A DNA stretch of 64,000 nt from Vicugna vicugna (Eukaryota): the NCBI GenBank assembly GCA_013265495.1, contig MU058687.1, positions 4,462,093 to 4,526,092 on the forward strand, given 5' to 3'. Shown piece by piece: positions 13,936-27,597 of the stretch. The position numbers and the translations under genes are program-made. Every line of letters starts with the position of its first letter. Positions within the stretch are counted from its first letter, which is position 1. Under the pieces are notes generated by a model. That model did no database searches, was not told where the DNA came from, and saw only the letters and a program-made list of their open reading frames with translations.

Positions 13936-14063
13936 TAGAGTGGCAATATAATTTATAATTTAAATCAGAACAGTTTTGGGAGTCAAAGCAGGTACCATGA
14001 ATAATTCTACCAGGTCAACAGGTCTAAATCATCTTAGGCAAACTACAATGTATGTTCAAGCCA
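13936..14063. mobile_element. hAT-Blackjack MITE (MER94/MER81-like)
   Basis: tagagtggcaatataatttat...cagttttgggagt...aataatt...caacagg...aggcaaac...gtatgttca matches the recalled MER94-type consensus over ~130 bp. Confidence 0.65.
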
Positions 14064-16312
14064 GGAGTATACAAGAGAGCCTGTTTTTTAAATGTTAGGG
14101 AAAAGCTAAGGTTCATTTTTTAAAGTCTTCTGAGGTAGAGAAAATGCCACATTTATTTAAAATCATAGGGTATTCCAAATATATATGCAAACTTTATGTT
14201 CAATTTTGTTTAAATCCTAAATCTTATGAGATCTTAGAAAGTAAAACTGTTATAAAAGGTACAGTTACTTTCTTTGCCCCTCAGAACTTGTAGATCTTCT
14301 AGGATGAGTTTGGGGGAAAAAATAGCACATATAAAATCAAAATGTTTTATATTGGTTTCTGTTTTCTGGAAAGCTATAAATGTTTATCTTTCATTGTATC
14401 CCATGTCAGTGCCAAGTGTTTCTCTAATGTCTTTTAACCTGCCAAGGCATAGATCTCACTGATATTTTTGATCTTGACTGCTGATGGAAGCTTGAAAAAC
14501 AGCTTTGTGCAAGGGAATAACCAAAACGGAAGAAGAATAATCTCTTACAGACAAATGTGTTCAAGCGTGAATGAAACACGTGAGTGATCTTGCTGAGGAA
14601 AGGGAAGAAACAGTGGTTTTGCCCTCTAAGAAGACGTTCCAGGGTGCCTTCTTTCCCGTATGTAGTTTAGTTTTGCATTTTGCTCCTGTGCACACAGAAT
14701 GTTCTCTGTCTGTCAGTCACAATAAAGGAGAGCCTTTTCATCGAAATAGGCCACTGAACCTGTTTCAGGGACTGCAGCTGACAGTCTGTGTATCTGAAAG
14801 AGTGAGAGGTGCACGAAGAAACCTCACTGTACATCTGAGGAAGGTACTTTCAAAATTGAACGTTGATATTGAGAAAGTGAGAGCAGTTTTTCTGATAGCC
14901 CCAAATCATCCCTCTCTTCCACTCTGTTTCAGCTAAATACGAATGTAAAACTTTTATGAACAGTAAAGAGACTTGTACTTCCCTACAGTTGCAATCTTTA
15001 GTCTTTCTTTCAGGCTTCTTAAGAATAGAATCCAGTTTCTTGCTTTCCCTTATTGATCCAACGTGCCCTTTATTAAATAATGTAAGAAATTGTGATTAGC
15101 ATTGAGATGTTGCTTAGATTTCTCATTTATGTGATTAGGTCTTGGATCTTAGAGATGAGTAGTTTAAAATTAGCAGCTTTCTATCAAGAATATAACAGAA
15201 ACCTCATATTTCTGGGGAAAAAAATAAAACTTCTGTTGCTTTGGAAAGGCACTGTTTCTTGGTCTGCAAAGCTGCTCATCTGTGGGTTACACTCAGTCTG
15301 GGCTACCAGAAAGAACAGGTCACCCCATGGGCCTTGATGATAGTATTGTTATTTAGATGGCAAACAAGGCATGAAACACCCTGTCAGAGGACTCAGCACC
15401 CAAAATGGGGACAAGAAACCCCTCACCTTTGGGTGTAATCGAAGGTCACTGTGTTAGATCATGTCACATTCCAGAATCTGGGCTCGTAACCTACAGGTTG
15501 TGTGCTGCTTCCGGGGGAGCTTTCCGTTTGGTCCAAAACTGCAGAGAACGAGGTGGATCTGGTGGATTCGCGTGAAGTTTGAAACATCAGCTCTGCTGCT
15601 AAAATACCCCAGCAGCCCATGATTAACGATCTCTCTGATCTTTACATTTGTTTCCTAAGGGGTGGGTAGGAAAGTAGGTACAGAGCACACTTACTGTTCA
15701 GGTGGAAGATAACGGATGGCGACTCGCTAAAATCCAGATACCGGGAGAGCTGGTGTTTCCTCTGTCTTACTCTTGACAGACGGCCAACAGCCCAGTCAGC
15801 AGCCAGCTAGCATAGCAGGTGAGAGACTCAGAGGCGGCATTTTCAGTGGCCTCACTCCCTGTAGTGAGTACCACGCATCGTACTTGTGGAGTGAGATAGA
15901 TTGAAGTTGAGCTGCACCCTTTATATATAAGAGCGACTACTTGACTACTTCTCTTTATTTCTCCAGTCTGACTTTAAATCATCCCAGAGTTCCCCACCTT
16001 CTGGACTGGCAGGAAGTTCAAAGACTTGCTTTTCTTATAACAGGTTATCCATGATTCTCTAGCTAGTGATGACAGAAGAGCTCGAGGAAGAGATTAGTTG
16101 CTGTTTGGCAGTGGGGTCATCTTTATTTTAATTCTTTTGCCTTTGGATGCTTTTGGCTGTGCTCTCTGTCTCAGACACCATCATTCCACCTGTGTGCAGT
16201 GATGCCTGATCAGTGGTAGTGTTCCCACTGACCTCCAGCCAGCTTCCAGTAAACATCTATTCTGAGTGTTTCACGGAAGCAGAGCAGAGCGCTGGTCTCT
16301 TACTTTGATCCC

Positions 16313-16693
16313 AGTCTTGGGTTGAATTGAGTTCCCCTGAAAGATATGTTGAAGTCCAAATACTTGATACCTATGAATGTGCACTTATTTAGAAATAGGA
16401 TTTTTGCAGATGTGATTAAGATGTAAGTTAAGATGGGGTCATACTGGAAGAGGGTGGGTCCCTAATCCAATATGGCTGGTGTCCTTATAGGAAGAGGAGA
16501 AGGGACATAGAGGCAGACAGACACAGGAAAGAGAGTGCCATGAGAAGACACACCAGGAAAAACACCGTGCAACCATTGAGGCAGAGATTGGAGTGTTATG
16601 TCTACAAACCAAGGATTGCCAGCAACACCAGGAGTTGGGAGAGAGGCAGGGGACAGACTGCCCTAGAGCTTTCAGAGAGAACATGGCCCTGGT
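16313..16693 (+). mobile_element. MaLR solo LTR MLT1B/MLT1C-like, 3'-truncated
   Basis: gggttgaattg...aagatatgttgaagtcc...tttgcagatgtgattaag...ggtccctaatccaatatggctggtgtccttat...gaggcagagattggagtg...ccaaggattgccagcaacaccagga...cagagagaacatggccctg. Confidence 0.9.
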
Positions 16694-16879
16694 GCAGATC
16701 CCTATGTTCCTGTGCACATACGCACCAGCACGCTCACAATACACGTGCATACCTTTAACCTACTCGATTCCAACTCATCCCACAAATGCTCAGCTGAAAC
16801 ATCTTTCTTATCAGGGAAACATCTTTTTATCCATGACCTCACACTGAAACAGGCTTCCTTTCTCTTTTGTGCCATAACA

Positions 16880-17070
16880 CTCATTGAGTTGTGTTGAGTA
16901 ATTTATATTGTAATGTTTTCTTCCCTGTTAGAATGGGACTTCCATGTCAGCAGCAACTCTTTACATGTTTCTCTAGCCTCTAAGCAAGTACCTAGTGTGA
17001 GTGGGCAATACAGTTTATAGACCACGGGCATACATCAGTGAATGGACGGATGGATGGATGAATAAATGAG
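16880..17070 (+). mobile_element. L2 3' terminus
   Basis: ttagaatgggacttccatgtcagcag...agtacctagtgtgagtgggca... ending in a gaatgga/tgaataaatga tail. Confidence 0.55.
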
Positions 17071-18709
17071 GCTATGAGTGTAAATGAGATGTATAAGTGA
17101 ACATGTAGGGAAAATAGGCAGGACTCACAGTCCCCTCCCCACTCCACAGTGAACTTGCAACCTATGCAACTCCCTTCTCTAATAAGAATTACTGCTTTGG
17201 TGAACTTTGAAGTCTTTTCTTTAAAACGTCTTGACCTCTAAATAGATGCACTTTTCCATTTAGGTTCTGGGTCCCGTTGTATGGAAAATACAACAGGTAA
17301 ACTAAGCAGTCCTTTCTGTTAGTGTCTGAACTATCTCATTTGTTGACACCAGTGTTGGAGTTACCAACTTCTCATTAAGACTTCTCATTAGATAGTATTT
17401 TCCCTTTTTTCTGTTGGCATAGAGCTCAGAACATTTAATTTATTACCACTTTCCTATTTATCACTTAAAGGAAATTCACCTTCTCTCTAGTTATCACATC
17501 CGCATTTTTCTAGTTGTTGTAAAATCTTTAATCTTACGATACGGCTTTATTTTTTCTGAGGTAAGCCTTCAGCGGTTGCTTCGTCCAGCATTTCAAAGCC
17601 GTGTTTTAGTGAAATGAGGGATCCTTTCATTAAGATACCATTTTGCCAGCACTCATTCTTTGCATGGGACACCTCAGCAGTTCTCATGGTGTTTCATGGC
17701 TAGCTCCAGTTGCTCACTGAGACCAAAATAGTGCTTTACTTCTTGTTTAAGTAATACGGTTTTGCCTGTGACCATAGGGTCCTTTTGCTTCATCCCAGGC
17801 AGCCACTTCTCAGTTATGTGCTTTTAATTGTAAGGAAAACTGGTTGAAATGAGTGGCATGACCTTGGCACACATGTACCTCCACCACCGCAAAAAAAAAA
17901 TGATCCGCAGTCGGATCCGTAGCATCACTTTCACTTATGAATATGATTTTTAAGTCTTATGCACAAATATTATCTGTACAAACCATCTCCAGCCAAAGAA
18001 AGAACTTGTTCCATCACAGATGGGCTGACGACCTTTCCATAAAAACATCCTACAGGGAGGATTTTCTAAAAATTTTCTATTTTTCTATTTTCTAAAAAGA
18101 GAATAGGATTTTTCAAAGACTTTCTGTAATTGTTCTCTTTATTTTGCATGTGATATGTGTATTAAAGAAAGTCCATGGAAGCAGTATGCATCGCTGAAGT
18201 GAGAACAGCCTTCAGAAAATTCTCCCAATGCACACCAGTGCATTTCTCTTGTTGGGGCCGCGGAACAGTCATCCGTTCCATCATCCTGGCGTCTCTGAAT
18301 TCCACGCAATTTAAAAAGTTGTTTGAGAACGGACTTCTTTAGTTTCCATCCTCTTTCCCAAGTTTTCCCATGCCTCTCCCACTACCAAATTCTTACCCAG
18401 GCACAAGCAGAGATGGGCCAACTAAACATTCTCTCAATGAAGAGAAATTGGAGAGAAAAAGATTGTGAAAGGGCTAAAACTGCTTAAGGAGTTAACAGAA
18501 AAAGCTGCACCAGAGAAACAATGGAGGAACGTAAGTTCCCAATTATAACTGGAACCCGAAGAAGTATCAAAGGCCAGGAGTCAGGTCCACAGTGGGGAGG
18601 ATGAGGGATTTAAAATAAACGCTCTCTTCCTGATGGTAACATATGTGCTTCTTTGCTCTAGCTTTTTTCCCTTCCTCTATTACTATTTTTTTCCCTGCCT
18701 TTCCTCTCT

Positions 18710-18812
18710 CTAGCCTAGTGGATTTTAAGCCCCCTGAAGACCGGCATAAATTCTGTCTTGATCACCCCTGTATGCCCAATAAATAGCACATAGTAGGTAC
18801 TAAACACATATG
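18710..18812 (+). mobile_element. L2 3' terminus
   Basis: ttttaagccccctgaagaccggca...tgtcttgatcacccctgtatgccca...gcacatagtaggtactaaacacatatg. Confidence 0.6.
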
Positions 18813-20099
18813 TAGCAACTCTTTGTATAGTTTTTATCATTTTGAATTAGCTTCTCCATTTTCTGACCTCTAACCTCTTTCTTCCCCTTCGATACAGCAC
18901 CATAGACCTTCTTTTTCTGTGTCCTCGAGGTAAATTTCACGTCTGTCATCTCTATATGGGCATCAGAGAATGATATGATGTCATAGCTCATAATCGTCCA
19001 ACACAATGGCCCTGGGCAAGTGCGCGTAGTGGGGTGAGGAGAAAGGAATTGGGTTAAAACCTAGCTCAGGAGTTGGAGCCTGTTTGATGAGTACAGATAG
19101 TGCCTTGGGAACATTTCTTCCTTTAAATGGAATGAGGGAGAATAAGCCAGAAGAACTGCTGATATCCAAGCCGAGTTTTCAAATGTGTTTTCTCTTCTTT
19201 GATTCCCAGAGGACAATACCAGATAGGAGTTTCGCATTTTAAGGAAGGAAAAAGTTAAGCATATAAGAAAAAAGCAAAGCATAGCCAAAACACATGAGCA
19301 AAAAGGAGAAAAACCTAACTAATAAAAAAGCACATTTTCATTTGATCTTGTCACATGATTTCTTTACCCTCCTTGCCTCGGAGCACATCCAGTCATTTAA
19401 AAAAAAAAAAAACTTTAACGTATTTAATAGTTTTGTAAAATTTCCATTAAACTTGGGAGTGTCATATGGAACTTACCTTAATTGAACATATGCAATAATT
19501 TACCTTAAAGAACAGGTTTAAAAATAAGAACAGTTGAAAGGCTTATAAAATTCACCAAACAGAATCTCTTTAATCACAATATCCAGGGGATTCAAGAGAA
19601 GGTATATAGGCATGAGTCCTTATCAGTGAATAAAACTGGTTAATGCAGTGTATTTTTATATCTATTCCCAAATAAAAATGGGTCTTAAAGTCTAAGACTT
19701 AAATATTTATCTTGTGATAAAAAACTATAGATGGATAGGTAGATAGGTCGAGAGAGAAACAGTTTTTAGCGAGAGAGAGAGAGATATATGCATACATACG
19801 GACATGAGAGCTTCCTATGCAGGTACAGGAAATGAAATATAAACATAGTAACTGAAGAGTAAAGAAGGAGAATGCTGAGCCATGTAGCTCATGACTGACT
19901 CTGCTACTAGTAGCTTATAGTAGCCTCCTGACTTGAGTTAACTGGTCTCCTCAGCTAATAGACACTGTAAAGATCATTTAGCACAACTATCTTATTTCAC
20001 TGATGAGGGCACGAAGGATCTTAGTGAGCAGAGAAGAGTACGCCCACTTCCTAACGCCCGTGTGAAGGTCATTCCCAAGGCCAGGAAGCCAAAGGAGGG

Positions 20100-20930
20100 A
20101 ATTCATTCATCCTTTCAACTCGTATTTGTTCATCTACCAGGGTTTTATTGAGGGGTTTGTTTTGGGACAGGCACTGTGCTAGGAGTGAACAACCAATGAA
20201 GTTCCTGACATCAAGGAGCTTAAATTCTAATGGCAGAGTCTGAAAATATACAAGTATACAGATTTGGAAAAAAAAATTATGGACTGTTAGCAGCAGCAGC
20301 ATGGAGACCCGCAGCGCAATGTGACAGAGGATAGCTGGCTTGGAGGAAGACTATGTAGCGCCGTCTTCTCTGGCGGCGTTGAAAGTGAGCCGGGAAGGCT
20401 GGGGCGTGGCCAGCCTTGGGATAAGTACACGGGCTTTGAGGGCAGTTAGTGCTTGATAAAGAGTGAGGGGCCAATGGCTGGAGCATGGTGTGCAAGAAGG
20501 GTAAAAACCAAACTGACGGGCCAGCTGGCCGGATTCTGCAGAGCATTGAAGGCCGTGGTGAGCAATGAAGATGCAATTTTAAAAGCAAGAGAGAACATTG
20601 GTGTGTTTTAACTGAGAGAATGACATAATCTGATTTATATTTTGAAGGCTGCTCTATGGAAAATGGATTGTAGGAGAGGGCCTGGAGAGAACAAGGGAAG
20701 ATTATTCAGGAGGCTTTTAGGAGAGGGGAGTGTGGAGAAGAGTGAATGTGTTGGAAGTATATTTCAGGGGTAGTCATAACAAAATCTGTTGATGGCTCAT
20801 GGATGTGGATGTAGAGGGGAGGATTAATGGCAAGGGAGAAATTGAGAGTGTCTGCTCTTCTTGACTTGACAGGCTGGGTGGGCTACAGTGGTGTTGATTG
20901 AAATGGGGAAGACTAGGGTAAAAACAGAAA
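20100..20930 (-). mobile_element. L2 LINE 3' region
   Basis: attcattcat...ggcactgtgctagg...caaggagcttaaattctaatgg...gagaatgacataatctgatttatattttgaagg...gaaatggggaagact. Confidence 0.8.
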
Positions 20931-23439
20931 TAAGTCTCATTAGGCTGGCGGTTATGTTTTATTTGACTTGGATTGTCTAATCCAAATCAAAAAAGATTAA
21001 GTCTCAACCTGGAGCCAAGTGTATTTTATTTTTGTCAGGACTAATATGAATGTGCCAGAGGAAACCATGAAATATGGATAATCTCTTCTCCCTATGTCAC
21101 AAAGAAAACAGTAATTAACTTTCATAGTGGTGGAAGGCCATCTTGGGACTGGAATGTGGGTTGGTAGTATGTGTGCGTGTGGAAGTGACAGTGGGTGTGT
21201 GTCACTGTATTGTGCGTGGTGAGTGTGTGTGGTGATGTGTATGAGGGCAGAGTCTCACTGTGACCTTATTATAAAAGTGGATGATGCCCTTGGGTTAGGT
21301 GACAATTTGAGGTATTTGATGCTTGATCTTTAGAAAATCCTAATCGTTTTTTTTTAAAAACCATTTTCAAAAACAGTACTTTGTGTGAATATTCATAGAA
21401 TTACAGGCAGACCAATTCTCTTTTGCTTTGAATGAGAATAGTTATGCATTCATCGTCAGTAAATATCTTGGGACCTTCAGGAATATAGCCATCCTTGCTG
21501 ATCTCAGGTTTTGCTACCTGACAGATACAGTGAAACATTTGATGGATCAGCCAGATAAGTAGGAGATCAAACTGAAAGGTTATGTAACAGCTGTGAAGGG
21601 CAGAGTTGCTTTTATAATCTGAAACGTTAAGAATATCTGTCTGAAACTTGAAATCAAAACTAATAAATGGCAATCTTAAACTGTCCACATCCATGATAAT
21701 CACATTGCAACACAGTATATATTTTGAATGGTACCAAAAGGGACAAAATTTCCCCTAAAATGAAACAGTTCTCTGCTTCTAGCTTACTACAGCGTAATAA
21801 TGTGCACATACTCTAAAATCATTTAAAGGAGGGGGGAAACTTTCTATTTTCTATTTTGGGGAAGAAGGGGTAATTTGTGGTAGAGGACAGAGCGGGGAGA
21901 AATGGGAGAATTAAATTCTACCTTTCTATGAGAGAACTGGGAGAAAACAGACGGAACTCGTGTGAAGGCATCATTATTAGGGTAAATAAAAATTCTGAAT
22001 CTCCAAGTTTTTGAGATTAGTGCAACTGAAGCACCCTTACCTCCCCTGCAGTCACTCTCAGAAATGAGCTGCTGGCCAGGGTGGGCGATAGGACAGTTTC
22101 TCTTCAGGTAGGACATATCGTTTCAACGCCCAAAGACAGTATTCCTTTACATAATAGATACTCAGTGAATGTTAACATTGATTTTAATCATCTTTTCCCT
22201 GTTGGCTGCCTATTTCCCAGTCACTTTCTGTTGTGTATTCACAAGAGTGTGGACTGGCTGGTGGCTTTACCTGAGCCTTGTGGAGTGTCTGTCCACCAAC
22301 ACATTTAAACTGGATTTGGGGTTGCCATGAGATTTGTGGCTTCCGAAAATGAATGTTATGTTTACCCAGAGATGATGATCCATTAGCCAAACTTACAGTA
22401 ACTAGATACTCATGTCTCTTTCTGATGTATCTCTTTATGTATGGTCTTTACGCAAATGCTTGAGAGTAATTTTCTTCAGTAGCCTGGGGGGGATAAAGGA
22501 AATGTCTTCAGTGGAAGCAGAAAGGTTTAGGAACCAGGCAAGGAGGAAGTCAGGATCAGAATTTTTGGCAGAACCCTCGTTTTTAATGTCATGTGTGAAA
22601 GAACGGACCATTTAAACAGATGATCCACAAGTCTGTGGGGAACAGGAGACTCCTTGCCCTGTCTGTGCTAAGATCTCACTGGCTTTAGGGCCCTCCTAGG
22701 TTTGTTAAGAATTTCTTTCTCTGTTTGCCTGTCAGTCTCTCTTTCCCGTGTTGCTTTCCCATGTATCTTTCAGGGGACCATTTTAGCAATTGTACCCAAT
22801 ATTTTTAATATTAAACCATCTAGCCTCAGGTTCTTATAAGGAGGATTTAAGAAAATTGTTAGATGTGTTTGAAAAATCAGTTGGTCATATATGAGAGTTA
22901 ACTTGACCTTGAAAATAAGCATTGGCCCATATTCCCAATGCTTATAAAAAAAGCACACTAGGCCAAATCTCTATAGCTTTTCATAAAAAATAAGATATGA
23001 AAGACTTGAAAATCAGGCAGCATGACTAATAAGGCGTATAAAATAAAAATTTCCTATTCTTCCATTTGGCATTTATTTATGGGACGATTCAAATAGTGTT
23101 TGTTGTGTTTGTAGTAGACAATTATATGTGTAATGTTACGTTATTCTAATTTATCCAGCTTTGTTGCAACTGGAAAATAAATTCAAGAAAATAGCAGTAA
23201 ATATCATGAAAACAGTCATTTTTATGACACAGACAGAGACAAGATATTTGAAAGTTCCAAGAGGTTTAAAAGCATTCAAATATGGAACTGCAAAGAGCAT
23301 GTGGGGGATAGCTCAGGTGAACGAATGGTGTGGGCCAACTTTCACCTAGGATTGTCTTCTGTACCCTCTGGGTCCATTCTTGTACTATCTAAAATGATGT
23401 TCAGTAATAATGGTGCCTTCAGAATGAACTGAACTGTCT

Positions 23440-23617
23440 TCTGCCAGCCAGAATGTAAGTTCCATGAGGGCACTGATGTCATTTTTGATTCATCATTTAC
23501 TGATTTGTTCCAATGTAGTTTTAGCCTTCTTTATCCGTTGATTCATTCCAGATACTTAGAATGGTATATAATATCTAGTAGGGACCTCATAAATATTTGC
23601 TAAATGGATGAGTGAAT
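23440..23617 (+). mobile_element. L2 3' terminus
   Basis: agaatgtaagttccatgagggca...cttagaatggta...tagtagggacctcataaatatttgctaaatggatgagtgaat. Confidence 0.75.
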
Positions 23618-23659
23618 TGGACACTTGTTGTCTTCATGGCAAGTAGGATGGTGGCAGTT

Positions 23660-23818
23660 TAGTTAATAACATTGCATTAAGGTCAACTTCCTGGTTTTAA
23701 TCATTGTTCTTTGTTTGTATAAGATGTTAACATAAGGGGAAGATGAATGAAGGGTATCTGGGAACTCTGTACTGTTTTTACAACTCTTCCTTGAATTAGA
23801 GATTATCTCAAAAAAAAC
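23660..23818 (+). mobile_element. Old L1 (L1MC/L1ME-type) 3' end
   Basis: ttcctggttttaatcattgt...taagatgttaacataaggggaagatgaatgaagggtatctgggaactctgtactgtttttacaact... followed by an A-tail. Confidence 0.8.
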
Positions 23819-25462
23819 TGATGTAGAATTGAGAATGGAAGAGGAGGAAGAAAAGAGTAAGGATATAGAAGGATGAGAGCCATTAACTCTGGAACAGTGC
23901 AAGAAGACAAGTATGGATAAAAGGGCAAGAAATACCTGATGGGAATGTAAGTAATTTGCCTCTGAAGGGCTAAATAGAATTTGGCTGCCATCTTACTTTT
24001 TTCGAGACCATGGGAAAATCCCGAGTTGACTCAAATGCTCACTGTCCATCGTGGAATGTCATCAGTTGCTGTCTTTCACCTGTGCCACTTTGCCTACCCC
24101 TGACGGTTGCTGACGCCAACGGCTCACAGCTCTGAATTCTAGATACACCCTCCCTGCTTAAAGGTGCATTAACAAGTGCTAAGATATTAGGATTTAAGTG
24201 TGTAATTTCTTGTATAATCAGAAGACTTAAAAGAACATTAGAAAAAAAGGAGAGTTTTGGGGAGTAAAAAATGTGCAGCCATTCGAATGATTTTTGTGAA
24301 GGGAACAAATACTTACGAGTTAATCTAACCTCAGTATTCTCAACAACCAGTTCCCCATAATGGACTAAGTTGTGTGTGTGCGTGACTAAGTTGTCTACTC
24401 AAAACTTTCAAAGCCAGAATCTCCAAGAAGTTACAGCCCATTTTAAGCAATATCCACAGAACCTAATATAGTCAGTCCACTTCTGAGTAATCATTTAATT
24501 CTGGTGTTTGATCATTTTATTTTTAAAAAATACGCTGAGTACATAAAAATGACTAAAATATCAACAGATTCTTTCTTCCTACGCATAACCATTAATCTTA
24601 AATGTTCTAAGAGAAGATGTTTAAAAAGTAACCCTTTGCAGAACTAGTGCTGCTTTCTGAAGCTGTTGGCCCCTCTTCTTCCCAATCTCGACTTTCTTTC
24701 TTTTATTTTATCTTACTTGTCACCTTGCAGTTATAAGAATTCCAGCATGTAGGAGTGGACTGGTGGGAGGAGGCAAGAGGGCTGCATTCTGCCTTGCATT
24801 CAGTTGCACATCAGCCTCGGAGCCTGGCTGGCAGCAGTGTTGTGGACAATGGGTCTTTCAAACAAACAGAACGTTGTCTGTTCCTTCCTTCTGTAATTTT
24901 TGGCAGAGTTCTCTATTATGTGTCTGGATTCTGGAAACTTTGGATGAATAAACTAGGACATGGTATTAATATAAAGAACTGGCATCTTTGTTGACTTATT
25001 CAGCAGACTATGTGTACGTTAAAAAAGCCAAATAAGCACTTTCAGAAGCGTTGTCTGCACACGTCTGGGATTTTAGAGTTTAAACAATGTAAAATGCAGT
25101 TCCTTAGAAAAAGCCGGGGTAGTCTCTGGATGCTTTAAAGTTTACTTTCTGAATAAGGATATTCCACTGGCCACAGATGAATACTGTATGAGCAATGCAT
25201 GTAACACTGCACATCTGTTAGCATATGGATGAAACATACCCCAAAAAACATGGTGATAGGGTTAAAAGTGAGTTTCTTGGGCTGAAATGTCATAGAATTT
25301 ACAACCAAACTAGGTGAGCCCCTCTTGGTAATAGAATGGTGATGATGAAAAAGATTAGGCAAAAGTTAGAATTGAGATGCCAGTTTCCTACCTAGAGAGG
25401 CTAGGCATTGCTACATAAAATTCATTTGGTATAACTGATAAAATGAGTTGTTCGCAATAGAC

Positions 25463-25670
25463 CAGAGTTTGTCAACCTTAGCACCACTGGCGTTTTGGGT
25501 CAAATAATTATTTGCTGTCCTGTGCATTGTAGGATGTTGAGCAGAATCCTTGACCTGTGCCTCAGAGATGCCAGTAGCACCCCGCTCCCCTACTTACAAA
25601 AATCAAGACTTTGTCAAATGTCCCCGGACAGATATGGGAGGAAAAAAATCATCCTGGATTAGAATGCTTG
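25463..25670 (-). mobile_element. MER20 (hAT-Charlie MITE)
   Basis: cagagtttgtcaaccttagcaccactggcgttttggg...ctgtcctgtgcattgtaggatgttgagcag...agatgccagtagcaccc...tgtcaaatgtcccc is antisense MER20. Confidence 0.85.
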
Positions 25671-26243
25671 GCATGGCCCATACTGACCAGAAGGAAGTTC
25701 TGTACTCTTACAAAAAGATTTACAGTTTGTACCAGATCCATGAGTTACATGATGGGACAGTCTAACTTGGAGGGCTTCAGTGTTGGACCTTTGAAATGTC
25801 TAGTCATGTGAGCAAAGAGTAAGTTAACAGATTGGCTAATTGCCCAGCAGAACAACATTCCTCCATCAGTTAATTATCCCCTTTCACCTTTGTTTCTCCT
25901 GACTAACTCTTCCCTGACTTCCTTCTTCCTTCCCCTGACCATGGAATTGCCTCCTTTATCCCAGAGCAAATCAAAATGTCTCTTAACAATGCAGAGGTTT
26001 AAAATTACTTTATTTTCTCTCCACATCATGACTAACTTCTCAGAAAAGTAGTCTTCAGTGCCTGCCTCCACCTCCTCACTGCCTACTTTCTGGAACATAT
26101 CCCAATTTGCCTTTTTTTTTTCTTATAACACTACTAAAAGTGGTCCCCCAAATGCTACAATTCAATATGCTAATTATCACATTAGCTGAACTTTTCTTGA
26201 ATTCATCTTTTTTGACTTCCATGCAACTTCTGATATTCATGAT

Positions 26244-26422
26244 CAATGGTTCTTAAATGTTATATTATGTGTCAGAATCACTAGATGTCTTATTAAGACA
26301 CAGCTGTCTGGGCTCCACACTCAATAGGCTCTGGGCCTGAGAATTTGTACCTCTCACAGGTCCCCAGGTGATGTCCAGGTGATGCCCATGCTGCTGGTCT
26401 GGGGATCAAAATTCAAAGGCTG
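26244..26422. mobile_element. MER5A (hAT-Charlie MITE)
   Basis: caatggttcttaaa...tcagaatcact...ctgggctccacac...ggcctgagaatttgtacctctcacaggtccccaggtgatg...atgctgctggtctgggga. Confidence 0.85.
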
Positions 26423-26533
26423 GTCTTGATTATTCTCTCCTTGAGTGTTTCAGTTTGGCTTTCATGATCAGAGTTTCCTGTTACTGACTCCCATTGACAT
26501 TTCGGGTCATATTTTCTAGTTCCCTCCATGCCT

Positions 26534-26776
26534 CAGTGGCTTTCCGTGAGGGTGATTTTGCCCCCCTCCCAGAGGAAATTTGGCAATTTCTGGAGATACT
26601 TTTGTTTATCAAAAATAACTCGGGGTTGGGGTGGGATGGCAGAGGGTACAGCTGCAAACAGTATCTAGTGGATGGAGACTAGAGATGCTGCTGAACATCC
26701 TATGGTGCACATAACAGCTTCCCACAGTGAAGAAATGATCCAACCCAAAGTGCAAGTGGTGCCAAGACAGAACCAT
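26534..26776 (+). mobile_element. MER20 (hAT-Charlie MITE)
   Basis: cagtgg...gggtgattttgccccc...atttggcaatttctggagatacttttg...tatctagtggatggagactagagatgctgctgaacatcctatggtgcaca... Confidence 0.9.
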
Positions 26777-27597
26777 TACTCCAAACACGGGCGCTCCCCA
26801 AGGAGACAGCCCTCTCAGCCTCTGTGCCGACTGTGCCTCTCGCTTGTCGTCCGCATTCTCAGAGCTCCACCTCACACCTCTCTGGAAATGACTCCCAAAG
26901 CTATATCTTTAAGTCTGGCACTACTCTTGAGTCCTTGCCTAGTTTTCCAACTGCCTGGTGAATATCAACTGGATGAGCCACCAGTATCTTAAGTTTAATG
27001 CACTCAAACCAAACTTGTGCTTATTGTGAGAGAATTCTTTATTTCCATTATGGTAATCGTCATTTGACAACTCACTGTGGGGAAACTATTTGGCATTATC
27101 TCTACCTAATCTTCCCTCCTTCCCCTTAGAACCAGTCAAGTGCATGTTGTTGATGTGTCTCTACCCATTTAGGCATTCATAACATGTATAAATGCTAAAA
27201 GATGGTTCTTTTACGAACAGAGGCATAAAGTCAGATGTGTTGCTCAGAAACATCATTCTGGCAGAAATGCAAGGAATTCAAAAATATTTGGGAAGATCAA
27301 AGAGAAACTCACCATCACATAGGAGATTAGCTAGTGTTCTGATTGGCCAGAGAAAAATATGTCCCATTGTTCCCAGGAAAAGCAAAGGGATCTGCCCCTC
27401 TAGAACTCAGTCCAGCACTGCCTGGAGAAAGTTCTCATTCGACGTGCTGTGCTTCAGACGAAGGATGAGTATGAGGACGTTATCGTCTCAAAAACATGAT
27501 GAATCTTTTCATTAGACTTGCTTTAGGGGAGGCCACCATGTATTTTATTTCTTGATTGACTGTCATGTGTATTGTCCGTGTTTTTAGTCCTATTGGC

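Larger units (their letters stand above)
26040..27170 (+). mobile_element. L2 ORF2-region remnant, interrupted by MER5A and MER20
   Basis: L2-like motifs on both sides of the inserts (cctccacctcctcactg; ttggctttcatga; atgactcccaaagctatatct; ttttccaactgcctggtgaatatc...tggatg; caaaccaaact). Confidence 0.6.

Noticed and set aside
21401..21703. 100-aa minus-strand ORF with an internal cag| acceptor-like site (VAKPEISKDGYIPEGPKIFTDDEC...)
   Set aside because: No recognisable homology, no convincing donor site, and the length is within chance expectation
24363..24394. 11-bp direct repeat gactaagttgt flanking a short GT run
   Set aside because: Most simply a local slippage microduplication, like others at ~17368, ~30859 and ~63715
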